From assembly GCF_000315625.1 (NCBI RefSeq), contig NW_005434653.1, forward strand, positions 157,939 through 221,938: a stretch of 64,000 nucleotides of DNA, given 5' to 3'. The position numbers were made by a program, and so were the translations under genes. The number at the start of each line of letters is the position of its first letter. The stretch's first letter is position 1. The notes under the pieces were generated by a model. It made no database searches. It saw only the letters and a list, made by a program, of their open reading frames with translations, and was not told where the DNA came from. Origin of the DNA: Guillardia theta CCMP2712. Its lineage: Eukaryota; Protista; Cryptophyta. This document shows, piece after piece, positions 11,012-30,676 of this stretch.

Positions 11012-11537
11012 GGCGAGAGCTACAGATGGCTTCTTTTTGTTTCCTACTCTCTTCCTCCTGCCTCTAGTCAGCCCCGCTCCCGCTCCCGCTCCCGCCTTGC
11101 CCCATGCTCCCGCCAATTCTGCATCCGGATCTTTGCGGTCGGAAACCACGGCATAAGTTAGGACGAAAATCAATTATCATGGGCAATATTCAATTTATCC
11201 CTAATAATTTAGTGAATAACTCAAAATGGTTTGTGTTCTTTGTTTAATATTTTATGTCTTTGTTGTAAAACCTCAAGTTGGGCAATGAGGGCGCGGGAGA
11301 AGCAGGGCAAGGGAGGAGGAGGGGGAGGAGGAGGAGGAGGAGGAGGAGGAGGGGAGGGGGGGGGGGAGGGGAGGGAACGGAGTACCTCTCACCACTCTAT
11401 GATTCTCTCCACCCTTACTCCTCTCCTGTCCTCGCCCNNNNNNNNNNNNNNNNNNNNNNNNNNNNNNNNNNNNNNNNNNNNNNNNNNNNNNNNNNNNNNN
11501 NNNNNNNNNNNNNNNNNNNNNNNNNNNNNNNNNNNNN

Positions 11538-12558
11538 GGGGAGGGGGAGGAAACAGGGCAGGAAGATATGATTCTGCGAGCATAACTAGTTTTCTGTCCT
11601 CGCCATCACTCTGGCTGGTCATCGTCATCGTGGTAGCCGGTGCCATGTTGCTTCCTGACCTCAGGGGAGCAGAAGAGTTTGAGAGACACCTGAAAGGGAT
11701 TGAGCGCGAGACGAGGATCAGAGTGAGAGATGGTGCGGTAGGGAGCGGGAAGATGGCAGGGGAGGCGGAGGCGGGTGAGCGTTGGTTCGTGTTCGCCTTG
11801 AACAAGAACTTCACAGACCTGCAACGTCTCTTCAGAGTCGCTACGGTCATGTGCGAGGACGCAGACGTGTGCAAGGGATCGCTCGACGAGCGGAGGTTCA
11901 GGGTCCACCCGAGAAGCTTCGTAACAGGCGGTAACGGCACGCTGAAAGAGCTTGAGATCGACTTGCAGGACTTGTTCATGACTGGGCCGAGGAGGTTCTT
12001 CATAGACTCTGCCAGCGACTTAGACACTATGTTTCTCCTCAAGCTCATCAGGAAGAATGGCCCTGGCGACCTGCTGGTCCTGCTGCGCCGCTGCAACGCT
12101 ATGCTCGAGAGCATCTCCGACAACATGGGCATGAAGAAGGTGTTTGGAAGGCAGCTGGAGCAGCTGCTGAGGGGATGGGGGTTCAACTTCGACCACCAGC
12201 AAAGTTGTGTTCTTTCGAACGAGTTTGCGGGTGCCCGAGGTAGACAAGAGGCTCTCCCCTTCAGGCTGCCCCCAGCTCATACCCAGCAGAGCCTCGAGCA
12301 GATCCGGGTCACGTGGAACGAGCTGCAGAGAGGCGGGGCGGGGCACAAGAAGTTGCTTATCTTCGGCCTCGGACATGACTCGGATTGGTGGGCGTCGGTT
12401 AACCCAGGTAACAAACAAGCCTTGTAGGTTCCTCCTCCTCTCCTCTCCCCTTTGCCTCTACCTCCCTCCCTCCCTCCTTTCCCCGCGTTCATTCTTCATC
12501 CTCGCCCTCCTACTCCTCCTCCGCATCGTCATTATCATTGTCATCGTCACCGTCGTCA

Positions 12559-12590
<32 letters not shown>

Positions 12591-12603
12591 ATCATCATCA
12601 TCG

Positions 12604-12667
<64 letters not shown>

Positions 12668-13151
12668 TCTGCATGCAAGCGGCCATCTGACCAGACCTGC
12701 AGGAGGAGAGACAGTCTTTGTGGAGGACAACAAGGACTGGATCAAGCACGTGCTTCAGTCAGCCCCCAACCTCGATGTAGTCCAGGTCACTTACAGCACA
12801 GTCCTCGGGAGGGACCTGAACAAGTTCAGAGATCGCGACAAGTGGGGAGAGCTGGCGATGAATCTTCCTCCTCGCATCCTCCAGCACAAGTGGGACGTCG
12901 TGCTGGTCGATGCTCCCATGGGCTTCGCTCCGGAGAACCCGGGGAGGATGCAGTCGATCTACATGGCGACGAAGCTCGTGAGGAAGGGAGGGCTGGTGGT
13001 GGTGGATGACTGCGAGAGGCCGGCAGAAGAGCTGTACATGCGGCTGATGTTGGGGGAGGGGAACATGTTTCACACGGTGGGGAGGAGGGGGAAAGTGATG
13101 AAGGACGGCACGTTGATAGCGGGGAACAAGCAATGCTACTTCCGGATGTGA
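11538..13151 (+). CDS. DUF579 (GXM/IRX15-like) polysaccharide O-methyltransferase with N-terminal extension; start hidden by N gap
   Basis: KKLLIFGLGHDSDWWASVNPG|GETVFVED, KWDVVLVDAPMGFAPENPGRMQSIY, VVVDDCERPAE. Intron at about 12408-12702 contains (ATC)n. TM-like LWLVIVIVVAGAML near the start. Confidence 0.85.
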
Positions 13152-13479
13152 CATGCGACTGAGAGCTTGAGGGAGAGACTGTAACTGTGACCTGAACAGG
13201 TTGCAAGAGCTTTATTCTTTACTTGTACAGACTGATCGGAATGATAACAAGGATGAGGAGTGCAAGCCTTTTGGTGTCATCATACCGACCAGCACCTTTC
13301 CCCCTCCTCTACTCCTCCTTTCCTCATCCTCCTCCCTTCCTCTTCTCTTCCTCTTCTCTTCCTCCTCTCCTGCTCCTCCTCTTCTCCGCTTTCTCCTCCC
13401 TTTTCCTCCCCGCTTTCTGTCCCCGCATCCTTCCTCGATCTCCCGTTCTTCCTCTTCTTCCGACGATGTCACCATGGCA

Positions 13480-22258
<8,779 letters not shown>

Positions 22259-22928
22259 TTCGAAGAGCAGCAGTCTCTGCAACAGCTCTTGCGTTCCTCT
22301 CATCAGCTCAGCAACCACCTTCACAAGCCCCTGCCTCCTGATCCTGGTTGCATATCCTCCGGACACCTGGACATGAAATAAGCGCGTAATTAAGCTTAGT
22401 GTCTGGATTTCTTTCCCTTCCTTCTAGGCATTTATCACCGCACAGGTGCCAATCTTCCTCCTCTCTCAGATAATCATGCTCGTGCGTGATGATCCATCAC
22501 AACTGGTGGTTGTCATCACTTCTATTCCTCCTCCTCTACTCCTCAACTCCTCGCGTTCTCCCTATCCCCCATCTCCACACTACCTGGCCTAGCACGTTCC
22601 TGTATCCTCCTCCCTCGCTTCCTCCCCTCTCTACCATGACGGTACACATGAATCTTGGAGATAGTCACCAATAGTGTCGCCCTCCTATCCCTCCTCCTCT
22701 CGCCCTCTCCCTTCCGACTCCTCCTGGTATCTCCCTGCCATGCTCAATTCCAGGGTTGTCACCACCCCCATATTAATACTTTAAAGTACCCGTCATCCTT
22801 CCCACCCACCTTCATTCACACTTTTTTAGTAAACGGACTCCAGGGGTTTGGCCCGGTCGAAATCAAAATGCAGCACAAACTTGATTAGGTGCGAAGGGGG
22901 CGGAGCAGGGGGAGAGGATCACGGCGAG

Positions 22929-23198
22929 GAGCAGGAGAGCAGGAGAGCAGGAGAGCAGGAGAGCAGGAGAGCAGGAGAGCAGGAGAGCAGGAGAGCAGGA
23001 GAGCAGGAGAGCAGGAGAGCAGGAGAGCAGGAGAGCAGGAGAGCAGGAGAGCAGGAGAGCAGGAGATCAGGAGATCAGGAGAGCAGGAGAGCAGGAGAGC
23101 AGGAGAGCAGGAGATCAGGAGAGCAGGAGAGCAGGAGAGCAGGAGAGCAGGAGAGCAGGAGAGCAGGAGAGCAGGAGAGCAGGAGAGCAGGAGAGCAG
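22929..23198 (+). repeat. (GAGCAGGA)n 8-bp satellite
   Basis: About 33 units with occasional GATCAGGA variants. Confidence 0.95.
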
Positions 23199-23488
23199 GT
23201 ATGGGGAAACGTTCTTCAGATTGTGGGCAGGGCCTTGATGTTTTGGATGATGTTGGAGTGATGGTCGGCAGGGGTGCGTGAGTGACATCGGACTTGGAGG
23301 ACCAACTTTGAGCTAGTTGCAGATTTCAAGAAGGTAATAATAAAGCAGCGAGCAGCGTTAGGATAGGCGTGCTGAGAAGAATTCGCAATGAAGCACAGAA
23401 ATATGGCTAGGAAATGGAATGAAGGATTGTCCGGCAACGTCAGCCTTTCTGAGATTTCAAACAGTGCTTGTATGCCTCCAGGTCTACA

Positions 23489-24958
23489 TCATTTCAAGTG
23501 CACAATTTTCCACTGCAAGCACAGGATGAGAGAGGAAAGAGAGACAGCGGCAGGAAACCTCAAGCTCTGGTAGATGAGTCTCGAATGTCCAGCATGAATA
23601 CTGTCGGCGAGTGATGAGGAGAGAGCATGAGCAGATGCAGTTGACTCACCGTTAACACAAACTCTCCGGGCTCACCGATGATCCTGCAACAACAACGTCA
23701 CGTCGTATGCTGCGCGAACGCGCGGTCGAAGCAGGATGCACTGCATGCCTATCATGTAGATCTTTGATGCTTGTCTTTTGATCGTATGAAACCTGAGCCA
23801 ACATGTCATGCAAGGTTGGATAGAGGACATAGATGTCAGATCGAGGAAGGGCCCGGGAACAACAACGAAAGCACGTCCGCCAACCGCCCACAATGCCACC
23901 AACGAGTCGACACTGACCTGCACAGAGACTTGGGCGAAGTCTTCTCCTTCCTCATCGGTCAAGAAACTTCGAACAAGTGTCAGATCAACTGCCATGACCA
24001 ATCATCCCTCACCCGACTGAAACGATCTCTGACTCGTATATCTTCGACACTTGTTGTTCCGCTCTCTACCAGGCCGTATCAGTTCTTCATTTTCACACAC
24101 AAAAAAAAAAAGAAGAGAGAGGAAAAAGAGACAGCGGCTCAATTCTTACCAATTCTGTCTCCTTCATCAGTTTTTCTGCTTCTTCAACTGCGGTGAGAAA
24201 TTTCTGCACAACAAATCATCTAAGAATGAGGCATGTTCTACGGTCTCATACCTCTCCAACAAGGCCCCTCAACGAATCGACATCATGGGAAGAAATGCTT
24301 TTCATCGCCGACTAGAAGAAACATTACTGGCTGCATGTGGAGCAAGATCGTGAGAAGCTCGTCATCGGACCTCAATTGCAAAGATTGCTCCATCCAAGAA
24401 CTCAGTCTCGTCGAAATTGTTCTGTCATAACGTCAGACAACTTGGTCAGGAGGAGGAGGGGCGTACCTCGGACAGGAGCTTGAGGGCCCTAATGTTCATA
24501 TCCAAAAAGAATTTTCGAATGAACCCTATGCGGATCTTCTTGTACGGCTACGCACAAATAGAGTCAGCCAACCTTCCGAGCTTCTCTTGTTTTACCTACG
24601 GTATCAAGCGTCAACAAACAAGAAACTTCATGCGATGCAACAGATTTACCCGGTACATGACATGCTTCATTTTCGCATCGATCTGCAACAAAGTACCGAG
24701 TCAACGCGGTGAATCCGATGAATCTAGAATGTCGCCGACCTCCTTGTCCTCATCCTTGCACTTCAACAACCTTGTGCTCCTAAAGGATCTCGTCTGTTGG
24801 AAACTACCAAACTTGACCAATGAGTTTGCCACTGTGCCTTCAATCCCCTTTTTCCACCCGAGTCTCTGGTGGATAGAATGTGAGCAGCACTAGGCCAAGT
24901 TTCAATAGACGACCTGTAAAGGTTGAGTACGTAGAATTCTAGTGAAGAATTGTCGCAT
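23489..24958 (-). CDS. Tim44-like domain mitochondrial protein (MAIP1/MRPL45/Mba1-like), short exons
   Basis: Spliced: MRQFFTRILRTQPLQ|RLGWKK...RSFRSTRLL (transit-like), NNFDETEFLDGAIFAIE|SAMKSISSHDVDSLRGLVGE, DFAQVSVQ, CWTFETH, WKIVHLK*. Confidence 0.7.
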
Positions 24959-25359
24959 TCCAGTTCAATTCGGAATGAAGGGGAATTGATAACAGATTGA
25001 CCCCACTTCCTCGATTATGACGAATACAAATCCTGAGATGTCATCATGTCAGTTGTTAAAACTATGCATGAGCTATCAATCACTATCCTTCAATGACCTC
25101 CCACTCCCTCCCATCCTCTACGCTGGTAAATCTCTTCCCGCACAAAGTGTTGGGAGTACAGCTTGAAGAGGCATAGGGGCTGATAGAGAGGGTCATACAG
25201 CAGCATCTGCTGATCGTGCGCCTACTCTGGTCTAACATCAACACGTTCTTGTCATCCGATCTTCACATATTTGGAGTCAGCAGGCAAGACCGACCATCGC
25301 CCCGCCGGGCTGTTGCCGCATTAAATGAATTGAGCCCACATCCCCGCTCATGACAAACT

Positions 25360-25600
25360 ACTCCGAGTGCCTGCTCCGAGTGCTCCGAGGCAGACTCCGA
25401 GGCCTGCCCGGCCGCAGTGCGCCAGGCTCCGAGCCTGGCAGCTCCGGCGCCGCGATCGGATCGGATCGGACCGCCCGGCGGCCCGGCGGGAGGCCCACCC
25501 AGGCCCGCCCGGCCGGCCCGGGGCCCACCCCAGGCACTGACCCGGCTGGGCCCACACCCTGCTCGCAGGCCGCGCCCCGGCAACAACCAAACAGTCGGTG
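25360..25600. repeat. GC-rich palindrome-dense intergenic patch
   Basis: Repeated ctccgag, (tcgga)3, gcccggc and gggccc. Confidence 0.7.
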
Positions 25601-25642
25601 GCAACGCCAGGTTAGCTTGTTGATTCAATAATGCAAGCTAGA

Positions 25643-28504
25643 TTATGGCACTTCGTACTTGTGCTCGCCCCAAGCAAGGATCGCCTTGTCTAGCAGGAGC
25701 TTCGCCGCATGCAGATCCTTCAGCTCCACTCGTACCGTGTGAAGTCCCGGTGAGAGCCTCCCGACTGAGACCGACATACCGTGAGGGTCCTCAACCAGAG
25801 TACCGGGCAGTAAGAGGAAGAAGAAGCTCCCGTCCTCTTCAACTTCGCCCTCGCCAGCGTGCCTGTACGCCTGCACCGACAACTGGTATCCCGTCGCTCT
25901 GGAGAGCCCGAAGATGTCAAGGTGGACGAGATGCTCGCTGCCCACGAGCTCCAGCGTTGTGCTCTGGACAAGGTGGATGCGACTGATGTCGCACTTGTCG
26001 TCCCTAAACGCTCTGATGAGGCAGGAGCGGATCGGAACATGGGGCTGCACGTCCGTATAGTAGTCTGACAAGAGCCTCTGCAGCAGCTCCCGGCCGTGCG
26101 TGTCCGGGGGGCCCCAGCCAGTGTTAGCCCCCTGCTTGGGGGGCGCGACGATGGCGAGCCTGTCAAACACGAAGTGCTCGACGCTCTCGATCGCCGACGA
26201 CCCATGCATGAGGAAGCTCTTGGGGAGAACCGTGAAGGTGTAGCCCAAGTTGCAAGCCTCCACCCCGAGGGAAACCTTGTCCCATCCCCAATGCACAAAG
26301 CGATCGTCGTACAGCCCGACGCCGTGGCTCCCCCGCCAGGCGCTCCGGTTGACCACCACGTAGGGCTCGTAGCCTAGGATGTACTTGACCTGGTACGTCT
26401 CCTCTGCCTCCATCCACCTGTCGTACTCAGTTCCCGCATGGAACACACCAGCTTCGTGCCATCTGCCAGTCGTTGACCACATGCCCATGTCAAGTCCGGG
26501 GATCCACACCTGACGCCCCTCGAAGTTTAGCCGCAAGGCCTCCATGGAGATCGAGGCGGGCTCGACGCGAATACGCTGCTCCTCAAGGGAGATGCCGGCT
26601 TCCCTGGGCCAGGAACCGGAGGTCTTGAAGGAGGGGATCACCAGCAGCTCCGTCGGCCCGACCTTCCCGTCCTGGTACGCCTGCCGTATGTTGGACGCCA
26701 GTCCATCCGACGCGAGCATGTCTACGTCCGCGTACAAGACCAAGTCCGTGCGAGCTATGGCGCATGAAATTTTTCTGAGCATGTTGATCGGAAACACCAG
26801 GAGACTACCAGGTTTGTCCTTGTCAGGGCAAGACGTCAGGAGGGTAGCTTCCAGCGTCTTGTTTCTCTCGATGAACCATGGCCCTAGTGTCTGCTGCACC
26901 AGCGTCTTGATCTGCTCTTGCTCTGACATGCTGCGGGCGTAGAAAGCGACCGCCACGTGCTCATTCCACTGCGCCGCAGCATTGATGAGCACGACAGCTC
27001 TGTCAAGGGTCGCGACGGTGGACAAGGTCAAGCCCAGCTCATCTTCTCGCAGCCTCCTGGTTGCTCTGACTGACATGGAGAAAGGAGATCGCTGGTACGG
27101 CATCTGACCCTGGAAGAGAGGGTTTCCGGAGGTCCAGAGGTATGAGACCATGCAGGGCTGCAGGGCTTGGACTTTGCGGGACAAGTACGCGAGCAAAGTA
27201 TCGTCGCTCTCATGCTCTGCGAAGTAGTCGTACAAGACCGACACCATCACCACTTGCTCTGACCATGCGGACGGGACATCGAAGTGTACAACTCCTACAG
27301 AGCCCGTCGAGCCGTCGACAACCACGACACCCGCCTGATGAAAAAGGATGACTTGCTTCTCTTTGTGCCTAAAGGTCAAGTGGACCCTGTATCTGCAACC
27401 AGGCACCAGGCCTATTGCTTTGATAGAAGCCTTGAACGGAACTCCAGCCACGAGATGGTCAGTGCCGGGACTCATCACCAGGTTGCAAAGTACTTCCTCC
27501 GGATGTGGACGGTAGCGAAGCTTCACACTGTCGGAACGGACGAAGGAAGCTTCTTTTGCGCTCCTCCTTTCTGCTGGTAGTCGCTGAGAGCGCGAGAAAT
27601 CGTCCTCAAGCACGCAGATCTCGTTGCACCTGGACACCTTGAGGAACTTGCGGACGGTGAGTTTGGCAGCGATAGAGCTGTTGGCTCGGTTCTCGAGCTC
27701 CGAGACAGTCGCTAATATCAGATACTCGCTTCCTCCCGGAGCAGAGACTCGCACGTCCTGCACATGCTCGGAGCTGTTCATATGCAGAACCAGCATCTCT
27801 CTGGACTGCTCCAACGAGTTCACCTCTGTGACAACGAGGACGAGCAGCAGGTTACCCCCAGTCATCCCCCGCAGGCGGATGGAAATCGACATCTCCCTCT
27901 CCTGCAAGGTCGCATGCTCCATGACCATTGCCGGCTCTGACGCGTTCACCACCCGCACACTGTGATCCCCGATGGCGACAACCTCCAGCTCGTCGCCCTC
28001 CATCCGGTGCAGGAGCGCCATGAATGCATACATACCAGGGCTCGCGTCCTCGTATACGAATGAAAGGCATCTCGAGCTGTTAGATAAGAAATGCTCATCC
28101 ATCAGGTACTCCCTCACTGCGAGCACCTCCATCCCTTGACGCAACTGCACTTGCACCACCAACGGCGCCGGAGCAGGAAGAGATGAGAGGTCGATGTCTA
28201 AGGAGAGCTGCTGCACTGCTGGAGAGTTCACATCCATGACTTGCCAGCGCATAGACCAGCCTCCCTCGTCGGGCGCCAGGGCCACTGACAGCGATGCAGA
28301 CTTGCTGCAGGGGCACAGAGTTCCAGGGATCGGCGAAGAGCGAAGGCGGGTTCCATCAAGGGCAGGGGAGACTTTGCACTGTGGAGAAGAGGGAGACTGC
28401 GAGGAGAAGTGCTCGGAATCGGGGAGAGAGGAGGAGGAGGAGGAGGAGGAGGAGAAGCCTGCCATGATAATCAGAATCCTCGCTGTCATCGCCATCCTCG
28501 CCAT
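25643..28504 (-). CDS. GT49-family (LARGE/B4GAT1-like) glycosyltransferase with repeated beta-rich modules; intronless, 953 aa
   Basis: FPINMLRKI, VLYADVDML (DxD), YEPYVV, YDDRFVHWGWDKVS, GYTFTVLPKSFLMH. Hydrophobic N-terminus. Confidence 0.85.
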   Translation of the reverse strand: MARMAMTARILIIMAGFSSSSSSSSSLPDSEHFSSQSPSSPQCKVSPALDGTRLRSSPIPGTLCPCSKSASLSVALAPDEGGWSMRWQVMDVNSPAVQQLSLDIDLSSLPAPAPLVVQVQLRQGMEVLAVREYLMDEHFLSNSSRCLSFVYEDASPGMYAFMALLHRMEGDELEVVAIGDHSVRVVNASEPAMVMEHATLQEREMSISIRLRGMTGGNLLLVLVVTEVNSLEQSREMLVLHMNSSEHVQDVRVSAPGGSEYLILATVSELENRANSSIAAKLTVRKFLKVSRCNEICVLEDDFSRSQRLPAERRSAKEASFVRSDSVKLRYRPHPEEVLCNLVMSPGTDHLVAGVPFKASIKAIGLVPGCRYRVHLTFRHKEKQVILFHQAGVVVVDGSTGSVGVVHFDVPSAWSEQVVMVSVLYDYFAEHESDDTLLAYLSRKVQALQPCMVSYLWTSGNPLFQGQMPYQRSPFSMSVRATRRLREDELGLTLSTVATLDRAVVLINAAAQWNEHVAVAFYARSMSEQEQIKTLVQQTLGPWFIERNKTLEATLLTSCPDKDKPGSLLVFPINMLRKISCAIARTDLVLYADVDMLASDGLASNIRQAYQDGKVGPTELLVIPSFKTSGSWPREAGISLEEQRIRVEPASISMEALRLNFEGRQVWIPGLDMGMWSTTGRWHEAGVFHAGTEYDRWMEAEETYQVKYILGYEPYVVVNRSAWRGSHGVGLYDDRFVHWGWDKVSLGVEACNLGYTFTVLPKSFLMHGSSAIESVEHFVFDRLAIVAPPKQGANTGWGPPDTHGRELLQRLLSDYYTDVQPHVPIRSCLIRAFRDDKCDISRIHLVQSTTLELVGSEHLVHLDIFGLSRATGYQLSVQAYRHAGEGEVEEDGSFFFLLLPGTLVEDPHGMSVSVGRLSPGLHTVRVELKDLHAAKLLLDKAILAWGEHKYEVP

Positions 28505-29139
28505 CTTGTTCCGCGTGGCCGAGTCAAGAGTCGATTGACTGACCGAGGACCCCCTTCAACCCCATTTCGAGGCCATCAGGAGGGGGGTGAGTGGGGGTGG
28601 CTCATTTACTCTGAAAAGAGATCTTTTCAACTTTTAATAATCCCAGCAGCCCCCCGCAGTTATACGGAGTGCCGTACTCGACCCGAGTACCCCTCTTTCT
28701 GACCAAAAAACCGTACTCGACCCAAGCTGACATGGGTCTACGAGTACATCCCTTCGGGAAGGTCCGTGCTTCTGAGAATGACCCTAGTAGAAGGCATGCC
28801 GGCCCGGGTAGGACTCTGTCCCCTACTAGCCTAGTAGACCGAAAGGCTACCGTGGGGGCTACCTTTACTCAAGGGCTGGGACTCAGTCGCACACTACGAA
28901 GTTCGGAAAAATCATGAACAAGAAGGAATTTTTCATTTTTCAGTACTGGATCTGAGTAAAGTTTAGTCACTGAACATGAGTACACCGCAACGGTCTATGA
29001 TCCGCTGCCGCGGCACGGATCTTTTTTTGGCAGCCTTTCCTCGCGTGACTGCGTACTGATCGACTTTAACTTAACTTTGAGTAAAGAAGGGGCCCTAATA
29101 CTTGACTCAGCCTAAAAAGCGCGGCGGAAACTTGCCAGC

Positions 29140-29545
29140 AACTCAGGCTGGCACCGTGCCGGGGCCCGCCCGGCCGCTGGTGAACTTCCACACCTCACCG
29201 AGCCTCGGAGGCTGTGCCCGGCACCGAGCCGGGCTGTGCCGACACCGTTTTGCCTGAGTGAGCAGTGTTACGCCCCGCCGGCCCGGGCCGGCGCCCCCGC
29301 CCCTCGGACTGTCCGGGGCCGTGACCGTACCGGACAACTGCCCGGGCTCTCTTCCAACTCAATTGGCAAGTTCACTCAGTACTGCCAGGGCCGTCCGATC
29401 ACGGCGTACTGATTGAGCGCGCGGCAGTCACTCAGGCGGCCGGGCAGGCCCGCGGCGAGCCCGGCGGCCGCCGCGCGTCGGCGATCATCCCGGGCCGCAG
29501 ATCATTCCCCCGGGCCGGGCCTGATCCGAGTCCGATCCGATGCCA
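29140..29545. repeat. GC-rich palindrome-dense intergenic patch
   Basis: cccgggccgg, actcagtactg, ccgtaccgg and gatccgagtccgatccga. Confidence 0.7.
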
Positions 29546-30676
29546 TGATCATCCCCGGGGCCATATGATCATCCTCCAGATCATCCTCATCCCCAGGCTC
29601 GCGATCATGTTGGTCATCGTGGGGATGGGGTCGAAGTTGAGGCGGCATCTCGATGAAGGGCAGAAATTCCTATTTGCTTTTCCGTGGGTGGGTGGATAAG
29701 GGGGTAGGGTGGTGTGTGGTGTTGGTAGGGTCATGTACCCTACTCGTGAAAATATTCACATTCTTAATGATGGTCTTGACTTGGGGGTGGGGTGATTTTC
29801 TCATGAGTACCCATAGTCTCAATATTGTTTTGGTACGCCTTAACCCTACCTACCCCTTCAACATTATGGAAATGCTCGTTCGTTTGTACCGGTACCTATC
29901 ATGGAGACTACCCTACCCTCAGAAGAGTATACTTCTCAACCCCTACCCCTTATTCACTCCTACCCCACCCCGGACTTCCCTTTGGGTCACTAGGAACGGA
30001 GGAGCGTAACGGCCATGGCGGCGCCGCCGTGTCAGTAGCACACCAGCGTTCCCTCCGTCTTTCTGCCCCCTGCCCCCTGCCCTCATCCTCTCTGGACCCA
30101 CCGCTCATCTGTGACCCTGAGCTCTGCGATCACTGGTTCTGTCCTCTCATTGCCTTCCCTTTTCAACCCTTTGATTGAGAAACTTCGTCTACCGCAATCC
30201 CTGCCGCTGACTCATCGATCCTGTACGTTGGTCGACAGGATCATACACCTGTGCATCCACAGCTTCGTCCCAGGAGGTCCATTTCCAGGAATCTTCCTTC
30301 ATTCGCCCATAGTTCTTTGCGCAGTGAGGGCCTTTGCTGGCTTAGAGCTTTCTTCGGGCATAGCTGGCTAGTGGCGTGAGACTGGAAGTCGTGGGCGTCA
30401 TTTAGTAGCACTGACATCCAGATAGCATCAACAGCCTAAGATATTATGATGAGGACGTCTCTCGAGAGGTTTGCACCCGCACGGGGCTTCTGATCATACT
30501 GTAAGGGGTCAAGAACGAGAGATTATGATGGTTTGGGTATCACGTGCAATCCCTGAAATGCTGATCACCAATTGGTCGGGTCACAGCTCAGACCAAGGAG
30601 ACAGGCAGATGGATTATGACTGAAAGAAACCTTTCTTTCAATACTGCTTCATGGAGGACTTGTTCTGTCTTTCTTG

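Noticed and set aside
22848-23281. AGEQESRR repeat ORFs
   Set aside because: An 8-bp satellite that is open in several frames, with no other coding evidence.
29549-29660. Short coding-looking acidic fragment on the minus strand next to a palindromic patch
   Set aside because: It is too short and has no recognisable motif. It may be a decayed gene remnant but cannot be supported.
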